Shown: positions 9,079 through 18,697, numbered from the stretch's first letter. The stretch: 64,000 nt of DNA from an uncultured bacterium (GCA_903954065.1 CAJBME010000240.1:8732-72731), one strand, 5' to 3'. Numbers and translations are program-made. The notes: a model not told the origin generated them from the letters alone.

Positions 9079-11142
9079 ATGAGCGATTCATTCGAGTCCA
9101 CCGACGCCCCGGCACCCAAAAAACGTGCGGCCAAAAAAGCGGCGGCTAAAAAGACGAGCGCCACCAAAACCGCCGCCACGCGCGCCCCGAAGGCCGTCGC
9201 AGAAAGCGCCGCCCCACCGCCAGCGCCACCCACGCCTGCCACGCCGAAAAAGTCCGCCCGCAAAGCGGCAGCCCCAGCCGTGGTGGCCACCGCCGCCCCC
9301 GTCATCAACGAAGCCCCGCCAGCCAAAAAAGCCGCGCGCAAAATCGCCCGCAAATCGGCCGCCGTGGAATCCAGCAGTCCTGCCCCGCCGCCAGCAACCG
9401 CGCCAGCGCCCGCGGCGCCACGGACCGCACCAGCTCCAACACCGGCACCCGAGCCACGGACCACACCGGCGGCGACCCGTACGCCGACGACAGACCCCCG
9501 TCCGCCGGCCCCGGGAGACACGGGCATGACCGCCCCGCGGCCTGCTCCGGCGCGCCCCCTGGAAGACGCGATCCCCAGAGGGAACCCCGATCCATCGACG
9601 TCCTATTCACGCCCCCCACGCACGGGAGAGGACAGCCCCTATCAGGGCAGCTCCGAACAGGCTCCGCGTCATCCAGACTCCGGCCCGCCTCATCCGCGCC
9701 ACGCCCAGCAGCAGCACCAGCGCCCGCCTCGCCCCCCTCACGGAGCTCCCACCCAGGGGCCATCCGGCGACCCACGCTTTGACAAAAACCCACGCAAACG
9801 CCGCCGTCGCGGCCGCGACCGTTGGAAAGACCGCCAAGGAGAAGGCCCGCCCCCACCTCACGGAGGCCCGCCGCACGGCGGAGGCGGACCGCGTCAGGGT
9901 GGAAATCCCAGCCACCAGCGTCCCGCACGCGGCGATTACCCGCCACGCCCCCCGCGTGGTCAGGATGACCGCGGCGACCGCGGCGACCGTAGCGAGTCTT
10001 TTGTTCCCACTGGCCCCGCGGAACCGGGCAGCGGGCTCCTCGAAATCTCGGCCAAGGGATTTGGCTATTTGCGGCAAAAGTCCCGCAATTACATCCCTCA
10101 TCCGCAGGATATTTTTGTGACGCCTGAGATGGTGCGCAACGGCGGCCTACGCGATGGTGTTTTCCTCGAGGGGGAAATCCGCGCTGGCCAACGGGGCCCA
10201 CAGATGACGGCCTTGCACAAAATCAACGGTCGCGAACCTGCCAATTACAAAAACCTCCCCGCGTTCGAAGAACTGACGGCCATCAATCCGAGCAAGCGGA
10301 TCCTTCTGGAAACGGAACCGAACCGGGCCACCACGCGGATTATCGACATGATTGCGCCCATCGGCAAAGGCCAGCGCGGCTTGATCGTGGCCCCGCCCCG
10401 CGCCGGCAAAACGACGCTCTTGCAACACATTGCCGAAGCCGTAGCCCTGAAATATCCCGAGATGAAACTCATCATCCTCCTCGTGGATGAGCGTCCGGAA
10501 GAAGTCACCGAAATCACCCGCGCCATCCCACAGGCGGAAATCTATGCGAGCTCGAACGATGCCGAGCCCAAAAACCACCTGCGGATTGCCCAGATTGCCA
10601 TCGAGCGCGCCAAGCGCCTCGTCGAGGCCGGGGATGACGTCTTCATCGTGCTTGATTCCATCACCCGCCTAGCTCGCGCCAGCAACAATGCGATCATGGG
10701 CGGCGGGTCGGGCCGCACGATGTCCGGCGGTATTGACGCACGCGCGCTGGAACTGCCCCGGCGACTGTTTGCTTCCGCCCGCAACACCCGCGAAGCCGGC
10801 AGCCTGACCATCGTGGGCACGGCCCTGATCGAAACCAATTCCAAGGCGGATGAGCTGATTTTCCAGGAATTTAAGGGAACCGGCAACATGGAGCTCGTGC
10901 TCGATCGCAAAATCGCCCAAAGTTACGTCTACCCAGCCGTCGACATCTTCAAAAGCGGCACTCGCCGCGAAGAACTCCTCCTGCCAGCGCACCAGCTGGA
11001 AAAAATCAATCTGATCCGCCGCGGACTGGCCGGACACAAACCCGTCGAAGCCGTCGAGCGGCTACTTCATTTTGTCCGGCGCCATCCGACCAATGCCCAG
11101 ATGCTGCTCGACATCCCGAAAGCGGCCTTTGTCGATCATTGA
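9079..11142 (+). CDS. rho: transcription termination factor Rho with ~330-aa low-complexity N-terminal extension
   Basis: The C-terminal ~350 aa is canonical Rho: FGYLR, Walker A GQRGLIVAPPRAGKTTLL, DSITRLARA, KGTGNMELVLDR. The N-terminus is Lys/Ala-rich (KKRAAKKAAAKKTSATK), then Pro/Ala/Arg/Gly-rich. Confidence 0.95.
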   Translation: MSDSFESTDAPAPKKRAAKKAAAKKTSATKTAATRAPKAVAESAAPPPAPPTPATPKKSARKAAAPAVVATAAPVINEAPPAKKAARKIARKSAAVESSSPAPPPATAPAPAAPRTAPAPTPAPEPRTTPAATRTPTTDPRPPAPGDTGMTAPRPAPARPLEDAIPRGNPDPSTSYSRPPRTGEDSPYQGSSEQAPRHPDSGPPHPRHAQQQHQRPPRPPHGAPTQGPSGDPRFDKNPRKRRRRGRDRWKDRQGEGPPPPHGGPPHGGGGPRQGGNPSHQRPARGDYPPRPPRGQDDRGDRGDRSESFVPTGPAEPGSGLLEISAKGFGYLRQKSRNYIPHPQDIFVTPEMVRNGGLRDGVFLEGEIRAGQRGPQMTALHKINGREPANYKNLPAFEELTAINPSKRILLETEPNRATTRIIDMIAPIGKGQRGLIVAPPRAGKTTLLQHIAEAVALKYPEMKLIILLVDERPEEVTEITRAIPQAEIYASSNDAEPKNHLRIAQIAIERAKRLVEAGDDVFIVLDSITRLARASNNAIMGGGSGRTMSGGIDARALELPRRLFASARNTREAGSLTIVGTALIETNSKADELIFQEFKGTGNMELVLDRKIAQSYVYPAVDIFKSGTRREELLLPAHQLEKINLIRRGLAGHKPVEAVERLLHFVRRHPTNAQMLLDIPKAAFVDH

Positions 11143-11322
11143 AGTGGGCGGACGCCGAGTGGTCCTGCGGGGCCATTTGGGGTGGTGTTGGGGCATTGCG
11201 TGATCGATTCCACAAAGAATCTGGTTGCATTTTTCCGACTTCAGTCTATTCAGCTAGTTCGCCAGACGGCAGCCTCTGAATTCACTTTGTGTACTCCGTT
11301 GCCGCTGGTGCTCTTTCTATTC

Positions 11323-11667
11323 ATGGCCTTGGCAGAGATCATCCCCTTCGATCAGGCTTCCCAGTCCGGGAAGCCGACCAGCCATGGACCCGCCGCCACA
11401 GATATGAGAAGCGACCTTGTCGAACAGGCCTCCAGGCTGATCCCCCACCCTCCGATGCTCATCAACGTGGTGTCGCAACGGGTTCGCCAGCTTAACCAAG
11501 GGCGATCGCCCATGGTTGATCTGACCGGACGCCGCAAGCTCGGACAGGCGGATATCGCCCTGCTGGAAATTATTGAAGGCAAAATTGCCTGGACGGGCAA
11601 TGGCACGGCCTCGGACGGAACTGCTGACGGTTCCACTGGGGCGGCTGCCAAGCGCAAGAAAAAGTAA
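11323..11667 (+). CDS. rpoZ: DNA-directed RNA polymerase subunit omega
   Basis: LINVVSQRVRQLNQGRSPMV...ADIALLEIIEGKI matches the RpoZ core. The start is uncertain: ATG at 11323, with an alternative in-frame Met at MRSDLVEQ. The track ORF begins at 11182. Confidence 0.8.
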   Translation: MALAEIIPFDQASQSGKPTSHGPAATDMRSDLVEQASRLIPHPPMLINVVSQRVRQLNQGRSPMVDLTGRRKLGQADIALLEIIEGKIAWTGNGTASDGTADGSTGAAAKRKKK

Positions 11668-11745
11668 CCGCGATGGACCGTACCGCCAGCGCCCGGCCAT
11701 TGTGGTGGTCCGTGGATGATTGCGCCCGTTTCCTCCGCACACATC

Positions 11746-12207
11746 ATGGGTGACACTGAAATCACCGTTAATCGCAAGGCGCTGCGCGATTACCATATCC
11801 TCGAAACCATCGAGGCCGGCATCGAATTGAAAGGGACCGAGGTGAAATCAATTCGCCAAGGTCACCTCAATCTGCAAGATGCCTTCGCCAGCATCAAAGA
11901 TGGACAACTCTTCCTCCATCAGTGCGACATTTTACCCTACGACAAAGCCAGTCATGAGCAGCATGAGGGGCGTCGTACTCGTCGCCTGCTCGTTCACAAA
12001 AGGGAAATCAACAAACTCTACGGCCATGTCATGGTCAAGGGTGTCTCATTAGTGGCACTCAGAGCGTATTGGAAAAACCATCGAGTCAAAATTCAACTTG
12101 CCCTCGCCAAGGGCAAAGCCAGCCATGACAAACGACAAGACCTTAAAAAGCGCGAAGACCAGCGCGACATTGACCGCGCGATGGCTCATTCCCGCCGGCA
12201 GCGGTGA
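11746..12207 (+). CDS. smpB: SsrA-binding protein SmpB
   Basis: ITVNRKALRDYHILETIEAGIELKGTEVKSIRQGHLNLQDAFA...LLVHKREINKL. The start is set at the internal Met (MGDTEITVNRKA). Confidence 0.93.
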   Translation: MGDTEITVNRKALRDYHILETIEAGIELKGTEVKSIRQGHLNLQDAFASIKDGQLFLHQCDILPYDKASHEQHEGRRTRRLLVHKREINKLYGHVMVKGVSLVALRAYWKNHRVKIQLALAKGKASHDKRQDLKKREDQRDIDRAMAHSRRQR

Positions 12208-12259
12208 GCCAGTGCGGAGCTGGGTTCTACCTTCCCCGACGGTGGGATGGCGGAGCCAC

Positions 12260-13870
12260 ATGCAGCGGCTGATGGGTGTGGTGGCAGCGGTGACCGCGCT
12301 GGGGCTCGGCCCGGTGTCCTGCTCGTCGTCGTCCAAGAAACAGGCGGACCTTTTTTCTCCGAGCGCTCTGGTGGCGGCTGCCAGCGGGTTGGAGTCACAA
12401 CTTCGAGCGGCGGAAGCGGCGTGGCCAGCCGCCACCGCGGCGGACGCCACCCCGGAAGCCCGGGCGGTGTACAACCGGGAAGTAGCCAAGGTGCTTGATA
12501 CCATCCAAAACTCCCGCCTTGGCATTCCCTGGGAAAAACCGTTTACGACGCCGAAATACACGCTTCGTTTTGCGCCCGGAGCCATTAATTCGCCGCTGCG
12601 TGAGATTTACAATCTAACCGAAGCCGTACAAGCGAGCGATGTACCGTTGAAGAATGCCTCACGCCGTATTGAGGGAGCCGGCCTCGGGGTCGCCTGCGTC
12701 ACCGTGCGCCAGAGGGACACCGAAATTGTCAAAACAAGCCGGTTCGTTCCGCCCAATGGCCGCTGGTTGCCATCGAATTTTCTGATCGATTTCTCAGAAC
12801 CAGGGATGCCTGAAGCGCGGTTTTACAATACCCAGACAGCCCAGACCACCGTCCTCAACGGCCGCCAGACGCCCCTAGCTTATGATTTTACGGCGGGATT
12901 GGAGCTCAGTCTGGGCTCCAAATTCCTCAAAAAGCTAGGTCTGTCGGGACTGCTCAATCCAGCTGGAGCCGCGGACAATGCTGGCCTCTTCATGACGGAA
13001 GCGTATAATCCTCAGCGAATTCCTGTCATTATGGTCCACGGACTGGCCTCCGACCCGCACATCTGGCAGAATGTGATGAATGAAATCTTGGGCGATCCGG
13101 TACTGCGTGAGCGTTATCAGTTGTGGTATTTCCTGTACCCAACCGGACTACCGGTGGCGGGCACCTCAAATCGCCTCCGCCTCGCCATCCAAGCCGCGGC
13201 GGAGACGTTTGACCCGGAGCATGACGATGCGGCGCTGCGGAAAATGGTCATCATTGGCCACAGCATGGGCGGCCTGCTCAGCCGGATGCAGGTCATTGAC
13301 AGCGGCAACGACATCTGGGGCTCGTATTTTGCGGTACCGCCAGAGAAACTCGATGTGGATCCCGAGAAACGCAAAATGTTGCGGGACGCCATGTTTTTCA
13401 AACGTTCGCCCTACATCAAGCGCACTGTTTTTGTGGCCACACCGCATCGCGGCAGTGAAATTGCCGATCTTAAAATCGTCCAGTGGGCGGTCAAATTCAT
13501 CCGATTGCCCCTCGATCTGGCCAACTTGACATCGGAATTTGCCCAGCTCGACATGTCGTTTTTCAATCCTGAACTCCGCAAATTCAAAGCCTTCGGCACC
13601 CGCAGCGTGGACAACCTCTCGCCCCAGCACCCGCTGCTGCACGGCATGAACAACCGCCCACTCACCGTTCCCCACCACTCCATCATCGGCAATCGCGGAA
13701 AATCTGGCCCGCTCGAAACAAGCTCGGACGGCATCGTCCCATACTCCAGCGCCCGCGTGGAAACCGCCTTGAGCGAAAAAATCGTGCCCGCGCCCCACAG
13801 CTGCGTCCAACACCCGCAGGTCGCCGAAGAAGTCGTCCGCATCCTCCACCAACACCTGCAAAGCAAATAA
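12260..13870 (+). CDS. alpha/beta-hydrolase (lipase/esterase-like), probably exported
   Basis: Start moved to MQRLMGVVAAVTALGLGPVSCSSSS (signal/lipoprotein-like) beyond the smpB stop. VIMVHGLASDPHIWQNV and the nucleophile elbow IIGHSMGGLLSR are present. Confidence 0.8.
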   Translation: MQRLMGVVAAVTALGLGPVSCSSSSKKQADLFSPSALVAAASGLESQLRAAEAAWPAATAADATPEARAVYNREVAKVLDTIQNSRLGIPWEKPFTTPKYTLRFAPGAINSPLREIYNLTEAVQASDVPLKNASRRIEGAGLGVACVTVRQRDTEIVKTSRFVPPNGRWLPSNFLIDFSEPGMPEARFYNTQTAQTTVLNGRQTPLAYDFTAGLELSLGSKFLKKLGLSGLLNPAGAADNAGLFMTEAYNPQRIPVIMVHGLASDPHIWQNVMNEILGDPVLRERYQLWYFLYPTGLPVAGTSNRLRLAIQAAAETFDPEHDDAALRKMVIIGHSMGGLLSRMQVIDSGNDIWGSYFAVPPEKLDVDPEKRKMLRDAMFFKRSPYIKRTVFVATPHRGSEIADLKIVQWAVKFIRLPLDLANLTSEFAQLDMSFFNPELRKFKAFGTRSVDNLSPQHPLLHGMNNRPLTVPHHSIIGNRGKSGPLETSSDGIVPYSSARVETALSEKIVPAPHSCVQHPQVAEEVVRILHQHLQSK

Positions 13871-13932
13871 TCCGGCGACCGCGCCTCCCGTCACCGCCGC
13901 GACGCTCTCACCCTCCTACCCTCCAGCGCCGC

Positions 13933-14949
13933 TCAATATAAGCGGGGCTCACCCGGCTCAAGCACATCGATCATGTGGCGCACGCCGGTAGAGGAGCTGG
14001 CCAGCATGAGCCGCTGCAGCGGCTCATCCAGCGGTTCCCTAGTCAACGCATATGTTCCGTAGTGCATGGGCACCATGCGCTTCGCCCCCACATCGCGAAA
14101 AGCGGCCAGCGATTCCTCGGGATTCATGTGCACCCCGCGACCGCTCACCGGACGATACGCGCCAATTGGAATCAGGGCGACCTCGATAGGGAAACGGCGG
14201 CCGATTTCATGAAATCCATCGAAGTACGCGCTGTCACCACTGTGATAAACCGTCGTCGCCGCACCGCCCGTCATCGTCTCAACCTCGGGCTGGCGCAGCA
14301 CATACCCGCCAAACCCACGGTGCACATCGTGCACATAGCGGGCGCCCCAGTGACGCGCCGGCGTGAAAATCACCTCGAGTTCACCCACCCGCAGGCTGTC
14401 CCATTTGCCCATTTCGTGCACGCTGCCAAAGCCGCGCCGCCGTACCAGACTACCCACTCCCTTCGGTACGATAATCGGTTGACCGTCACTGACCGCCTCC
14501 AACGTCGGCACATCTAAGTGATCATGATGCGCATGACTGATCAAAACGAGGTCAATCCGGGGCAGTTCATGCAACGATAATCCCGGACAGTGCGCCCGCT
14601 TGACCACCGCCAACCATGGCGCCCAGACTGGGTCGATCAAAATGTTAAGCCCAGCCATCTGCACCAGAAATGAAGCATGACCAATCCAGATGACGCGCGC
14701 CTTACCGGCTGGAACATCAACCGCCTCCAGCGAACGCTCGCGCCCACGGCGCAGCTTGACCGCCTGCGGAATAAGCACTTTTCCAATAAATTCGACATTC
14801 CGCCGCCCCCATCCCCGGCTGGGCGAAAGCCCGATCCGATGGCCGTGTTCGTCATCCTGAGAGCCGGTTCCATCCCGCAACCCCGCTGCCTTGCTGCGCA
14901 GAGAGTCAGTCAGTTTGGAAATCGGGCCTTTGGAGGGACGGGGCGTCAC
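13933..14949 (-). CDS. MBL-fold metallo-hydrolase
   Basis: VIWIGHASFLVQMAGLNILIDPVW...LVLISHAHHDHLD motif. The track ORF extends to an ATG at 15189, but that extension is Arg/Ser-rich and antisense to the 5-FCL gene. The start was tentatively moved to the GTG at 14949. Confidence 0.75.
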   Translation of the reverse strand: MTPRPSKGPISKLTDSLRSKAAGLRDGTGSQDDEHGHRIGLSPSRGWGRRNVEFIGKVLIPQAVKLRRGRERSLEAVDVPAGKARVIWIGHASFLVQMAGLNILIDPVWAPWLAVVKRAHCPGLSLHELPRIDLVLISHAHHDHLDVPTLEAVSDGQPIIVPKGVGSLVRRRGFGSVHEMGKWDSLRVGELEVIFTPARHWGARYVHDVHRGFGGYVLRQPEVETMTGGAATTVYHSGDSAYFDGFHEIGRRFPIEVALIPIGAYRPVSGRGVHMNPEESLAAFRDVGAKRMVPMHYGTYALTREPLDEPLQRLMLASSSTGVRHMIDVLEPGEPRLY

Positions 14950-15028
14950 GGAATCGGAAAAAAAGAATGAGGATGGGCCGCGAGTCAGCTCTTGGCTGGA
15001 TGAGGGAATTAGGAGATAATACGCTGTT

Positions 15029-15739
15029 TTGCAATCCGGGGGTTTCACCAATGATGACCAGAAAATCGCCGCGCGCCGGGACCTTCGGGCCCGGCTCCGC
15101 AGTCTTTCGCCGGGCGCCCGAGCCACTGCCTCGCAGGCCGTGGGCGCCACGCTTATGCAGTTTTTCCCCTCCCCGGCCGGCCGGGTCATCGCTGGATTCC
15201 TGCCCCTTCCTTCCGAGCCGGATTTAACGGTTTTTTACCACCACTGGCGCAATCACGGCGGCCATCTAGCCATGCCGCTGATCACGGGGCCCGGCCAAAT
15301 GGAATTCCGACGACTTCCCGCCAGCGAACCGACCACAAGCGCCCCCCCGGATCCCGACTCCGCCCCACCCTCCTTTCCGGGCCTCATCCCGGGGCCTCAT
15401 GGCCTGTATGAACCAGATCCGACCCGCTGCGAGCCCGCCGCCATCAGTGACATGAGCCTGGTGCTGGTGCCCGGTCTAGGTTTTGCCGCCGGCGGAACAC
15501 GCCTCGGTCGTGGTGGCGGTTATTATGACCGCTGGCTCGCCCACCTCCCATCCTCCACCCCAACCATCGGAATAGCCTTTTCCCTCCAGATTTGCCCGTC
15601 TCTGCCAACCCTCAACCACGATCAAAAAGTCGACTTCCTCCTCACCGAATCAGGATGGTCCGAAGGAAACCGGGGACAACCGCCCATCCCCCCACCAACC
15701 CGCCGCCCCATGGACAAATTTCCTGACCCTCGCTTTTGA
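15029..15739 (+). CDS. 5-formyltetrahydrofolate cyclo-ligase
   Basis: KIAARRDLRARLRSLSP..., AGFLPLPSEPDL and RLGRGGGYYDRWL are family motifs. The start is TTG at 15029, the only upstream in-frame start. Confidence 0.85.
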   Translation: MQSGGFTNDDQKIAARRDLRARLRSLSPGARATASQAVGATLMQFFPSPAGRVIAGFLPLPSEPDLTVFYHHWRNHGGHLAMPLITGPGQMEFRRLPASEPTTSAPPDPDSAPPSFPGLIPGPHGLYEPDPTRCEPAAISDMSLVLVPGLGFAAGGTRLGRGGGYYDRWLAHLPSSTPTIGIAFSLQICPSLPTLNHDQKVDFLLTESGWSEGNRGQPPIPPPTRRPMDKFPDPRF

Positions 15740-15770
15740 AAATACAGAATCCCGCGGCTATCATTCCACC

Positions 15771-16067
15771 ATGCACGCTGCCACCAAGACCCGGGAACGC
15801 CCGTCCGTAGAAACGGACGTGGATGACTCGCTGGATCGTCCGTGGACCGTGACCGTCTATAACGACCCGATCAATCTCATGGGGTATGTCACCCTCATCA
15901 TCATGCGCGTCTTCGGGTACGCCCGAGAAAAAGCCGAAAAAATGATGCTCGACGTCCACCAAAAAGGGAAATGTATCGTCTGGAGCGGCACCCGGGAAAA
16001 AGCCGAACTCTACGTCCAACAACTTCACGGCTACCATCTCAATGCCGCCATGGCCCGCGACAACTAG
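15771..16067 (+). CDS. clpS: ATP-dependent Clp protease adaptor ClpS
   Basis: WTVTVYNDPINLMGYVTLIIMRVFGYAREKAEKMMLDVHQKGKCIVWSGTREKAELYVQQLHGYHL, 98 aa. Confidence 0.95.
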   Translation: MHAATKTRERPSVETDVDDSLDRPWTVTVYNDPINLMGYVTLIIMRVFGYAREKAEKMMLDVHQKGKCIVWSGTREKAELYVQQLHGYHLNAAMARDN

Positions 16068-16075
16068 CCGCCACC

Positions 16076-16714
16076 ATGAAAATGCGCCGCATCATCTCCA
16101 AAGGACTGGTCCTCAGCGGAATGCCCGCCGCCCAGCTCCGCATGCTGGAACAGGTGGCACTCCATGCCGACCCCTCCGGATCACCCGCCGCCAGCGAACG
16201 ACTGTACCAATCTCCCGTCAAACAACCGCAAAATGTGACCGATGAGGAACTCGTCGACGACTGGCAAGAATTCGTCATGCCAGACCTCCGCCATGAGTTC
16301 ACCAGACAGCTCGATTGCGTGGCCAACGACCTCAGCCAAGCGCAGCGAGAATCAACTCCCAGCCCGCTGCATGACGACTCGCCGCATGACGACTCGCCGC
16401 ATGACGACTCGCTGCGCGAGGGAGAAGACGAGGACGACGGTGAATCCGAAGAAGAATTCGAAGATGAAGACGCAGCGACCTCTCCCGCGGCCACCTACGA
16501 ACTCATCATTCCCTTTGATCATATCGAGTCGTGGTATGGCGCGTTGAATCAGGCCCGCCTCGTGATGCAAGAGCGATACGAATTCCCCGAGACCGAAAAC
16601 CTCGAAGCCATGGTCGCACTCCTGACGTCGAAAAACCTAAAACCGTATCTGACGTCGCGATTTTACATGGAGATTCAGGGCGCCCTGCTGGATCTTGGAA
16701 TGGACGTTGCTTGA
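16076..16714 (+). CDS. acidic hypothetical protein downstream of clpS (HDDSP tandem repeat)
   Basis: ATG at 16076 (MKMRRIISKG...), 9 nt after the clpS stop. Contains LHDDSPHDDSPHDDSLREGEDEDDGESEEEFEDED. No family was recognised with confidence. Confidence 0.65.
   Translation: MKMRRIISKGLVLSGMPAAQLRMLEQVALHADPSGSPAASERLYQSPVKQPQNVTDEELVDDWQEFVMPDLRHEFTRQLDCVANDLSQAQRESTPSPLHDDSPHDDSPHDDSLREGEDEDDGESEEEFEDEDAATSPAATYELIIPFDHIESWYGALNQARLVMQERYEFPETENLEAMVALLTSKNLKPYLTSRFYMEIQGALLDLGMDVA
16370..16414 (+). repeat. 15-bp in-frame tandem repeat, 3 copies (catgacgactcgccg)
   Basis: Read directly: copies at 16370-16384 and 16385-16399 are identical, and 16400-16414 has one mismatch. It encodes HDDSP x3. 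Confidence 0.95.
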
Positions 16715-16831
16715 ACGGCCGGCGCGGGTTGGAGGGGGCTAGCGCGACCAATACTTCCCTTTAAACCGGCGTGCGGAGGGGCTCACCCCCCCCTTGCACT
16801 CTCCCCTCCACGGTTCTAGGCTACGCGTTCC

Positions 16832-18679
16832 ATGCATCCAGACCTCGAATCGCTTGTCACCGCCGGAAAACTACCCGCCCCGGCAGCGGAAAAACTCTCA
16901 CTCCTGGAACCAGGCACTTACTGCCTGCACCCGAGCTGGGGACCCGGCAAGATCGCGGGCTGGGACGTGGACAATGACCGGGTGCGCGTCGACTTCGAAG
17001 GCAAAGACGGTCACGAGCTGAAACTGGAGTTTGCGGCCAAGTCATTAAGCCCACTGGTTTCCACACATGTCCTCGCCATGCGGGTGGCTGACCGGGCCGC
17101 GATGACGACGATGGCCGAGAAGCAGGCGGCTGATTTTGTGAAGCTGGTCCTGCAGAGTTACGGTGGCCGCATGATGCTGGATCAGTTTGAAGAAGTAGTG
17201 AAGCCGAAGATCCTCAGCGAGGCGCGATTCAAGCCGTGGTGGGAGGCGACCAAGAAGGTGCTGCGGACCAACAAATCTTTTGTGGTCCCCCCGAAGCGCA
17301 CGTTGCCCATGGAGCTGCGCGATGAAGGTCTCACCCATGCCGAGGCGCTGGTCGGTGATTTCACCTCCTCCAAAGACCTCAAAACGAAGGTTAAAGCAGC
17401 CGAAGCCATCCTCAACAACCTCGCGGCCTTCGACAAAGATGCCGGTCCGCTCGGCACCGTGCTGGCCGGCCTGGAAGAAGCTGGTTCAAAATCGCTTCGC
17501 CTCCAGCCCAACGTCGCGTTCGAGCTCCTCCTCATTCGCGACGAACTCCTCGTCCGGGTCCCCACCCTCGGCACCCTGCCCGAAGGATCGCAAACCATCG
17601 CCGCCGCTCTGAATGACGAACGCAAGTCGGTCACCGACGTACTCAAAGCCCTGCCTATCGGTCGCACCAAACAACTTCTCGCCACTTTCCCCACTGCCTT
17701 CGGCGAGAGCTGGCTCCAAGAAGCCTTTGCCCGGTTGAACGATACCACCGGCCGCACCGTCACCGAAATTGCCCGCTTCATCATGGATCAGGGGAAATCC
17801 GAAGAGTTGATGATTTACCTCCAAACCGGCATTCAAAACCGCAGTCTGAGCATGGACGCCCTCCAGTGGGTGTGCCGCGAACGCAAAGCCGATGCCTTCG
17901 AGGTCTTTGACAGCGACTTTGCCCCGGCCCTGCTCAGCGCGCTGGAGCGGGAACACTATGACGAAAGCAACCGCCGCACCGGCCGCCTCCGCGACTTGAT
18001 CACCGACGATAAAGAATTGCTGGGGGACTTGGTCGCTCAACTTGACCCTAGCCAGATCAAGACTTTTGCCCGCCGCCTCTGGGGAAGCCCCGTCTTCGAT
18101 GACTTGACCCGCCGCTCGCTGCTGGCCCGCGTCATCAAGGCCGCACCAGAAGTCCAGAGCATCGTGGAACAAACCGAGGACGAAAGCGACGGATCCGATG
18201 ACATCCTCATCGTGAGCACCCAAAGCTATATCGACCGCCAAGCCAGCTACGAACGCCTCCTCAAAGAAGAAATCCCCCAGAATACACGCGATATCGCCAT
18301 CGCCCGCGGCTACGGCGACTTGCGCGAAAACTTCGAGTTCAAATCAGCCAAGGAACAACAACGGGTCCTGATGCGCCGTCAGAAAGTCATGGAACGCGAA
18401 ATCTCCATCGCGCGGCAGACTGACTTCAAAGATGCTCCAACTCACCTCGTCTCCATCGGCACCGTGGTCGAATACCGCGAATCTCCAACCGCAGAAATCG
18501 AAAGCGTCACGTTGCTCGGCGCTTGGGATTCGGAACCAGCACGCGGGATTCTTAGCTATCTTTCCGGTATCGGCAAAGCCTTGATCGGCAAGGCCGTCGG
18601 TGAAGTAGCCACTCTGCCGACCTCTGACGGCACGCCCCGCGGAGTCACCATCACTTCCATCCGGCGCTTCGCCCAGTAA
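16832..18679 (+). CDS. long GreA/GreB-family transcription elongation factor-like protein
   Basis: 615 aa. The C-terminus has Gre-type motifs GYGDLRENFEFKSAKEQQRVL and SIGTVVEYRE...VTLLGAWDSEPARGILSYLSGIGKALIGKAVGEV. The N-terminus has a small CarD-like beta motif, PGKIAGWDVDNDRVRVDFEG. Confidence 0.8.
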   Translation: MHPDLESLVTAGKLPAPAAEKLSLLEPGTYCLHPSWGPGKIAGWDVDNDRVRVDFEGKDGHELKLEFAAKSLSPLVSTHVLAMRVADRAAMTTMAEKQAADFVKLVLQSYGGRMMLDQFEEVVKPKILSEARFKPWWEATKKVLRTNKSFVVPPKRTLPMELRDEGLTHAEALVGDFTSSKDLKTKVKAAEAILNNLAAFDKDAGPLGTVLAGLEEAGSKSLRLQPNVAFELLLIRDELLVRVPTLGTLPEGSQTIAAALNDERKSVTDVLKALPIGRTKQLLATFPTAFGESWLQEAFARLNDTTGRTVTEIARFIMDQGKSEELMIYLQTGIQNRSLSMDALQWVCRERKADAFEVFDSDFAPALLSALEREHYDESNRRTGRLRDLITDDKELLGDLVAQLDPSQIKTFARRLWGSPVFDDLTRRSLLARVIKAAPEVQSIVEQTEDESDGSDDILIVSTQSYIDRQASYERLLKEEIPQNTRDIAIARGYGDLRENFEFKSAKEQQRVLMRRQKVMEREISIARQTDFKDAPTHLVSIGTVVEYRESPTAEIESVTLLGAWDSEPARGILSYLSGIGKALIGKAVGEVATLPTSDGTPRGVTITSIRRFAQ

Positions 18680-18697
18680 GGAGAATATCAGCTGGGC

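Noticed and set aside
9125-10201. Alternative-frame ORFs (9125..9529 +, 9305..10201 -, 9048..9527 -) within the rho 5' region
   Set aside because: Low-complexity GC-rich DNA is open in several frames. Only the frame continuous with the canonical Rho body is supported.
16370-16414. Possibility that the short tandem repeats here, or the 465-bp pilin repeat, represent a CRISPR array
   Set aside because: The repeats are directly adjacent with no spacers (15-bp unit, in-frame, coding), or are whole-gene duplications. There are no cas genes in the window.
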